Positions 58,672 through 64,000 of a DNA stretch of 64,000 nt are shown here, piece after piece; positions within the stretch are counted from its first letter, which is position 1; each line of letters begins with the position of its first letter. The notes under the pieces are model-generated. The model saw only the letters and a program-made list of their open reading frames with translations. It did not search any database and was not told where the DNA came from. The stretch is from Bacteroidaceae bacterium (lineage in GTDB: Bacteria; Actinomycetota; Coriobacteriia; Coriobacteriales; Eggerthellaceae), in assembly GCA_963631715.1 (NCBI GenBank), contig CAVGRL010000006.1, forward strand, positions 6,794 through 70,793, read 5' to 3'. The position numbers and the translations under genes are program-made.

Positions 58672-59017
58672 CTCTTCCTCCTTCAAGGGGACCTTGGTGC
58701 GTCGCGTGCGCCATGCGCTCCGATTTCGCGACGCCCGGTTTGTATCGCCCGGACGCAAGCAAGCTCCTACGCATCCCCCAACGGAGCCTCCATGCTCGCC
58801 GACGACCCAAGCGTTATCCAACGGCCCCAACACTAGCCAGCGCGAATGCGTTTCGCGCCGTCCGAAGAGGGTTGTTTTCGGGCGAAAATACGGCAAATTG
58901 CGTCCAACCCGAAAGGGGTTACCTATCGTTTTCCCAGTTCAAATCAATGCTATCGATATATGATGAAACGAGTTCCTCCGTTGGACGTGGTACCATATCG
59001 CACCGAGGAGGAACGCA

Positions 59018-60466
59018 ATGAAAGAAACGAACCCTGCCGATAATCGCGGCGATGCGCGGTCGCACCAAACGACGCATGCAGAGGGCCAGCCCCAAAACAC
59101 CTGGGGGATTCCGTCCATCGGAATCGCATGCACACTCGCATGGGCGTTTCTTATCAATGCCGCGGGCGAAGGCGCGCCGAGCCAGCAGACCGCATGGCAG
59201 CTTTCCTACGCCGTCCTTTCTGTCGCGGTCGTCGCGCTCGGATTTGCGGCAAGTAAACGCGCCGCCACGCTGAAGTCGCGCGCAATCGGCATCAGCGTCG
59301 GCGCCCTTGGCTGCATTGCCTCGTTGGCGCTTTCTGCGGCATTCCTTTTACCCGCCATGGCGTGGCTGCAGGTTCCCGCATCCATCGTGTGCGCTTGCGT
59401 GCTTGGTTGGCTGTATTTGCAATGGGGGCTGTTCTATGCACGCATCGGATGCCGCACTGCAGTCGGCTGCTTGTTTGCGGCCAATATTGCCGGATCGCTC
59501 TTGAAGACGCTCGTCCACTTTTCGCCCTTCGCATTTGCGGGCGCCATTACCTGTATCTTGCCCATCGCGTCGGTCGCGCTTTGTCGCGTCGCGCTCGCAC
59601 GCCTCTCGGCAAACGCGCATTCAATGGAGCAGCCGACCGTGGTGTTCGAATCGCACAACCTGCGCGGCCTTTGGAAGGTGGGGGCCGCCATCGCCGCATT
59701 CAGCTTCGTAACGGCGTTTCTCATCGCGCGCTTCTCGGGCAACCAAAGCGCCGTGCCCGCGATCGATTTCCTGGCAGCGCGCCTCGTGGAAATCGCCATT
59801 TCCAGCGTGGTGCTGCTCCTGGTTTTGAAGCTAGAGAAATCGTTCAACTTCTCGGAATTGTGGCGCATCGCGCTTCTAGCGCTTGCGGCCGACATGCTCT
59901 GCCAAGCAGCATTGCCCCAGGTCACCATTTTGCGTTGCGTTGAAAGCAGCGTATGGGATTTGGTGGTGCTGTTCACGTGGCTCACGCTTGCCGATATCGC
60001 GCGGCATTCCAGCATGCCCACGCCGCTCGTTTTCGGCATCGGCTGGGCCTGCTACACCGCGCCGTTCACTATAGGATCGGCCGCTTCGGCGCTCGCACCC
60101 ATGGGCACGCTCAATGCTGCCACAGCGCTCGCACTTATGTTCGTGCTGCTGATTGTGGCCGCCTTCTGTTTGGAGTTGCGGGACCAAGACACCAAATGGA
60201 TTTTCGCGGAACTTTCGGGCGAGAGGTCCAGCGCGCCCACCGATTTCGCGACCCTCGACGATCGCTGCCAAGCCATCGCCGCCGAGCGTGGGCTTACCCC
60301 GCGCGAACTCGAGGTTATGCAACTGCTCGTAAAAGGCCGCACTAAAGCGTACATCGCCGAAACGTTGTACCTCACCGAAAACACCGTGAAGGGCCACGCC
60401 CGCCACATTTACACCAAGCTCGATGTCCACAGCAAACAAGAGCTTCTCGACCTGGTTGAGCGATAG
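59018..60466 (+). CDS. Polytopic membrane LuxR-family transcriptional regulator
   Basis: ATG 59018 lies 6 nt after GAGGAGG. Many hydrophobic helices are followed by LTPRELEVMQLLVKGRTKAYIAETLYLTENTVKGHARHIYTKLDV. Confidence 0.85.
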   Translation: MKETNPADNRGDARSHQTTHAEGQPQNTWGIPSIGIACTLAWAFLINAAGEGAPSQQTAWQLSYAVLSVAVVALGFAASKRAATLKSRAIGISVGALGCIASLALSAAFLLPAMAWLQVPASIVCACVLGWLYLQWGLFYARIGCRTAVGCLFAANIAGSLLKTLVHFSPFAFAGAITCILPIASVALCRVALARLSANAHSMEQPTVVFESHNLRGLWKVGAAIAAFSFVTAFLIARFSGNQSAVPAIDFLAARLVEIAISSVVLLLVLKLEKSFNFSELWRIALLALAADMLCQAALPQVTILRCVESSVWDLVVLFTWLTLADIARHSSMPTPLVFGIGWACYTAPFTIGSAASALAPMGTLNAATALALMFVLLIVAAFCLELRDQDTKWIFAELSGERSSAPTDFATLDDRCQAIAAERGLTPRELEVMQLLVKGRTKAYIAETLYLTENTVKGHARHIYTKLDVHSKQELLDLVER

Positions 60467-60594
60467 GCCGCGAGCAACATCGCCAACAATCAATCGATTT
60501 ATACGCGCCCGCCAGCCTACCTGGGGCGCCGAAGCCCTTCGAGAGCGCGAATTGCGCTCGCGCATAGGATAGAAATCGCAACGGCCACTAGGAT

Positions 60595-62148
60595 CTATCG
60601 GGCACGCACGTCATTTGCGACGCTACCCAACCCGCGACGGTCATCCACAAAATCGAGCAGTTCTTGGCGGTTGGCAACGCCGCACTTCGCGTAAATGTGG
60701 CGGATGTGCGTGTTCACCGTGCTGGCCGAAATGAAAAGCTCATCTTGGATGCGGGCAAGCGTGCGTCCGCGAGCAACGCTCGGCAAAATTTCCGATTCGC
60801 GCGGCGTCAAACCGAATTCGGCGCTGATTCGCTCACAGACCTCTTCGAGCGAAATCTCCGAACGAACGACCGAGCCCAACGGGACCTCAGGCTCATCCGA
60901 TTGTCCGGTTGCCCCGCTCGATGCGAAATCGGCATTTTCGCAAGGCGCAAGCCCCTCAGAAGATTTTTCGACAACATCCGCCTCTTTACGCACGGAAGCG
61001 TTTTCGGTGGAGACGGGCAGGGATTTCTTCGAGATGAGCAAAAAGTCGGCCTCGGTAAAGAAGAACACGTAGCCCACCAGGGCACACGCCGCCAAAACGA
61101 CGCTGCACAGCATGACAGACGTCTTGGAAACAAGGAAAAGCGCGCTCGCGATGCCCGCAAATTCACCTGCATACAAAACCCCGAACGTGGCAATGCACTT
61201 GCGCCATGGCGAGCCGCCAAGCGCCCAAGAGGCCAGCATAGCCCGAGCGATAAGGCAGCATGCAAAACATTGCATACCGACGAAAGCAAGGGGGGTCGCA
61301 ATCGCGATATTTTCTCGGCCGAAAGCAAGCAGGATGCTCGACATAAGAATGAAGACGAACGAAATGCGGTAGAGAAAGCGGGCGGCAGCAACATCGGCGA
61401 TTCGGGCCATGGCGACCATCGCAATGCACACCGCCAAACCCGACAACGACAACATGGCATCGAGCGCAATGCTCTCGTCGCCAAACACATGGGCGGCGCT
61501 GTAGTTGCGCATCATGCCCATGATGCAGCCGAAAAAGAAAATATAAACGAAGTTGCGATATTCCAGATGCCGACCCACCTTCCCAAGGGGTCGAAATGAA
61601 GTTTTTCCAAAAGCGGCGTCACCTTGCAAAAACGCCAGCGCGGCAAACGAAACCACGGGGCACAAGACCATCGCGACAGAAAACGAATCGTTGCCGATAA
61701 GCACGAACGCGAAGCTTGCGATAAAAGACAACGCGAACGCAATTCCCGCCTCAATAAGCGAACCTGTAACAGTCTCGCGAGAAAAGACATCGAGCCAGGC
61801 AATGAACAGCATCGCTGAACCGAACCCCACAAGAGCACCGCTTGCCAGCGTTGGAATGAAACCAGCCGCAACCGGAGCCATGCAAAGCGAGCCAGCGATG
61901 GCCATTGCGCAAGCAACGACAAGCACGGCCTTGCTGTTCACGAATCGAGGAGCGCCTTCGCGCGAAAAGAAAAGCGCCACGGCAAACGCCAGCACAACAA
62001 ACACGAGCGACGACGTGAGCCCATCGAATTGCGCCTGGGCCGTATCGGCCGCGTTGGCGAATGGCAGGCTGCTGAAAAAGACGATGTTCGAATACAAGCG
62101 GTCAAACGCCATGCCGCCGATGCGCACCGCACGCTCTGGTAGTTTCAC
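60595..62148 (-). CDS. Polytopic membrane LuxR-family transcriptional regulator
   Basis: GTG 62148 follows GGAGGGGG. Hydrophobic N-domain of about 380 aa, a linker, then LTPRESEILPSVARGRTLARIQDELFISASTVNTHIRHIYAKCGV. Confidence 0.85.
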   Translation of the reverse strand: MKLPERAVRIGGMAFDRLYSNIVFFSSLPFANAADTAQAQFDGLTSSLVFVVLAFAVALFFSREGAPRFVNSKAVLVVACAMAIAGSLCMAPVAAGFIPTLASGALVGFGSAMLFIAWLDVFSRETVTGSLIEAGIAFALSFIASFAFVLIGNDSFSVAMVLCPVVSFAALAFLQGDAAFGKTSFRPLGKVGRHLEYRNFVYIFFFGCIMGMMRNYSAAHVFGDESIALDAMLSLSGLAVCIAMVAMARIADVAAARFLYRISFVFILMSSILLAFGRENIAIATPLAFVGMQCFACCLIARAMLASWALGGSPWRKCIATFGVLYAGEFAGIASALFLVSKTSVMLCSVVLAACALVGYVFFFTEADFLLISKKSLPVSTENASVRKEADVVEKSSEGLAPCENADFASSGATGQSDEPEVPLGSVVRSEISLEEVCERISAEFGLTPRESEILPSVARGRTLARIQDELFISASTVNTHIRHIYAKCGVANRQELLDFVDDRRGLGSVANDVRAR

Positions 62149-62189
62149 CGGTCCCCCTCCATGGCCAGCTTCTTAGCACGTCGAGTATA

Positions 62190-62257
62190 GCAAATCATAG
62201 TAATTTGCGATGCCGTCTGAACTGGGCAAACGCGATATCGTTATTATTTGCGATGCC
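62190..62257. promoter_or_regulatory. Candidate LuxR operator(s): 12-bp exact direct repeat, the first copy inside a 19-bp palindrome
   Basis: ATTTGCGATGCC at 62203-62214 and 62246-62257 (43 bp apart). GCAAAT-N7-ATTTGC at 62190-62208. GCAAAC-N14-ATTTGC at 62226-62251. All lie in the 175-bp divergent region between the LuxR gene and the reductase gene. Confidence 0.4.
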
Positions 62258-62323
62258 CTCGATACGCTTCTCAACGTACTTTTGAGTACGCATTGCTCAC
62301 ACGAAGAAGGGAAGAGGGAAACC

Positions 62324-64000
62324 ATGGAGCATACCGATTTCTCGCGTCGTAGCTTCCTGAAAGGCGCAAGCCTTGCAGGCCTGACAGCGGGCATTCTGGG
62401 CGCAGCCGAACTGGCCGCCCCGCGCGCTGCAGTAGCGGCCGAGGGCGCCGACGCCGCAAGCCTGAACGACTATCAAAAGATATTCGGCGAGAGCACGAAC
62501 TACATCCCCGTGCAGAAAGCCGAATGGGATCAGCTCGATGGCTTTGTTGCCTACGACGCCAAGGAATTCAAAGATTCCGACATCTCCCGCACCGACGAGT
62601 GCGACTTCCTGGTCATCGGCCAAGGCGTCGGCGGTACCATCGCCGCGCTTAAGGCGGCCGACGAGGGCGCAAACGTAATTGCCCTTGAAAAGATGAACCG
62701 CGGCCGCAACACGTGGGAGTCGGTCGGCGGTTACAACACAAAGCTACAGCAGGAAATAGATAACATTCCCGACCCGGCAGAATACGTCGAAGCAATCATG
62801 CGCTCTTCGTACTGGCGCGCTCGCCCCGATGTGGTGTGGGGCTTCGTGAATCAGTCGGGCGAGGCGATTGACTTCATGAACGACATGCTGCAGAAGGCCG
62901 GCAAAGGCGTAAGCCTCTACAGCTCCGTGCAGAAAGATAACGGCTACGGCTTCGACACCATCCAGGCCGAGCATAAGCTGAAGTTCCCCGATGGCGTCGA
63001 TAAAAAGTGGAACACCTGGTGGCGCGGCCCTGTTGCGTTCGATTCGCTCGAAACTACCCAAGCGACGTATAGCAACCTCGACGTACGCTACAACACCGCC
63101 GCTGTACAGCTGACCAAAGACGAATCGGGCCGCGTGACGGGCGCCATTGCCAAAGATGCCGACGGCTACTACAAAGTCGAAGCCAAAAACGGCGTGCTGC
63201 TTGCAACGGGTGGCTACGAATCGAACCCCGGCATGATGGAATCGTGGTGCCGCCCCGAAGACTACCAGGGCTGCTGCGTATACGCCCCCAATTCCGGCAA
63301 TACTGGCGACGGCCACATGATGGGCCTTGCCGCAGGAGCGCAAATCGACCCCTTGCCCCACACGCTCATGGTATTCCGCAGCGGTCTGCCCGGTCGCGTC
63401 ATGGATGCATCCACGGTGTCGAAATGCTTCACTTCCAGCATCTGGGTCGACCATAAGGGTCGTCGTTTCGTAAACGAAAAGCTCCCTCACAATTGCGTGG
63501 CAAACGCCATTTCCGAGGCCGGCATTTCTGGCAAGCCGGTGTGGTTCGTCTTTGACCAAGCGATTGTCGATGGAATCAAAGACACCACGGGCCAGCTTGC
63601 CGCCGACGTCGAAGATGGCAAGCAGCGCGGCGAACTCGTACAGGCCGACACGCTTGAAGGTCTCGCTGAAGCCATGGGCGCCGACGTCGACACGTTGGTC
63701 GAAACCGTCGCCACCTGGAATAGCTACTTCGACGATGAAACACCGACCGACCTCATGTTCCGCCGAAGCCTCACCAGCGCAGCAACGAAGCTTGCCACGG
63801 GTCCGTTTTATGCCTGCAAGCACACCAGCAAAGTACTGTGCAGCGGAAGCGGCCTGATCATCGATGAGCACGCCCGGGTGCTCGATGCCAACGAGGAAGC
63901 TATCGAAGGCCTGTATGCCACGGGCAACGTCTCGGGTGGCATGTTCTCGATTTCCTACCCGCGCCACCTGCCCGCAACCTCGGTTGGCCGCGCCGTGACC
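62324..64000 (+). CDS. Tat-exported FAD-dependent reductase (fumarate reductase flavoprotein family), 3'-truncated by the window end
   Basis: My own translation from ATG 62324 (GAAGGGAAGAGGGA upstream) gives 559 codons with no stop. MEHTDFSRRSFLKGASLAGL (Tat), DFLVIGQGVGGTIAALKAADEGANVIALEK (dinucleotide fold), GLYATGNVSGG near the end. It is absent from the supplied track because it has no in-window stop. Confidence 0.85.
   Translation, partial: MEHTDFSRRSFLKGASLAGLTAGILGAAELAAPRAAVAAEGADAASLNDYQKIFGESTNYIPVQKAEWDQLDGFVAYDAKEFKDSDISRTDECDFLVIGQGVGGTIAALKAADEGANVIALEKMNRGRNTWESVGGYNTKLQQEIDNIPDPAEYVEAIMRSSYWRARPDVVWGFVNQSGEAIDFMNDMLQKAGKGVSLYSSVQKDNGYGFDTIQAEHKLKFPDGVDKKWNTWWRGPVAFDSLETTQATYSNLDVRYNTAAVQLTKDESGRVTGAIAKDADGYYKVEAKNGVLLATGGYESNPGMMESWCRPEDYQGCCVYAPNSGNTGDGHMMGLAAGAQIDPLPHTLMVFRSGLPGRVMDASTVSKCFTSSIWVDHKGRRFVNEKLPHNCVANAISEAGISGKPVWFVFDQAIVDGIKDTTGQLAADVEDGKQRGELVQADTLEGLAEAMGADVDTLVETVATWNSYFDDETPTDLMFRRSLTSAATKLATGPFYACKHTSKVLCSGSGLIIDEHARVLDANEEAIEGLYATGNVSGGMFSISYPRHLPATSVGRAVT

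Noticed and set aside
55771-58836. 1021-aa ORF on the plus strand, the longest in the track.
   Set aside because: It runs antisense across the 5' end of the FAD-linked oxidase gene, an intergenic region, the cytochrome gene and most of the flavoprotein gene. Its composition is Arg/Ala/Gly/His-rich with no motifs, whereas the minus-strand genes have clear cofactor motifs and SD sequences. This is a typical stop-poor antisense frame of GC-rich coding DNA.
62744-63967. 407-aa minus-strand ORF, the only track entry covering the last 1.3 kb.
   Set aside because: It is antisense to the unlisted Tat-flavoprotein CDS (62324..64000), which has a signal peptide, an FAD fold and paralogues in the window. 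The minus ORF has none of these.
1-64000. Looked for CRISPR arrays, rRNA genes, IS elements or transposases, and toxin-antitoxin pairs.
   Set aside because: I saw no regularly spaced repeat arrays of 25-40 bp, no rRNA-like conserved segments and no transposase or integrase-like translations on either strand. The only regular repeats found are the three 15-mers at 41609-41687 and the two 12-mers at 62203/62246.

Overview
The window is visibly GC-rich (GC not computed) and densely coding, mostly on the minus strand. Shine-Dalgarno-led genes, membrane-bound LuxR regulators and Tat-exported flavin reductases suggest a Coriobacteriia/Eggerthellaceae-like actinobacterium; that placement is inference, not a search result. 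I support about 55 CDS, one tRNA-Leu(CAG), several intrinsic terminators and a few candidate operators. I saw no rRNA, CRISPR array, transposase or integrase.

Housekeeping content:
- DEAD-box helicase, an EF-G paralogue, thiC, rsgA, trkH, xth, serS and hom.
- An ilvD-ilvB-ilvN-ilvC operon.
- A small alarmone synthetase.
- C-S lyase and transsulfuration genes, and a MetE-like gene preceded by a LysR gene.

Accessory content worth a second look:
1. Three fumarate-reductase-family flavoproteins with Tat signals, each beside a polytopic membrane LuxR-type regulator (26.4-29.9 kb and 56.2-64.0 kb). One is coupled to a membrane multihaem cytochrome c, an architecture like the cardiac glycoside reductase (cgr) locus. 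The third reductase gene (62324..64000) is missing from the supplied ORF track because it runs off the window end. The long ORF listed opposite it is an antisense shadow.
2. A five-gene operon at 2506..7208: circularly permuted ATP-grasp, alpha-E, transglutaminase-like protein, and two AstE/AspA-type deacylases, one with degenerate metal ligands. This looks like a predicted peptide ligation/modification system.
3. A lone AAA+/PD-(D/E)xK (DUF4143-type) gene next to tRNA-Leu, whose promoter region carries three 15-bp repeats spaced exactly 32 bp apart.

Many very long ORFs in the track (up to 1021 aa) are antisense artefacts of GC-rich coding DNA and were rejected.
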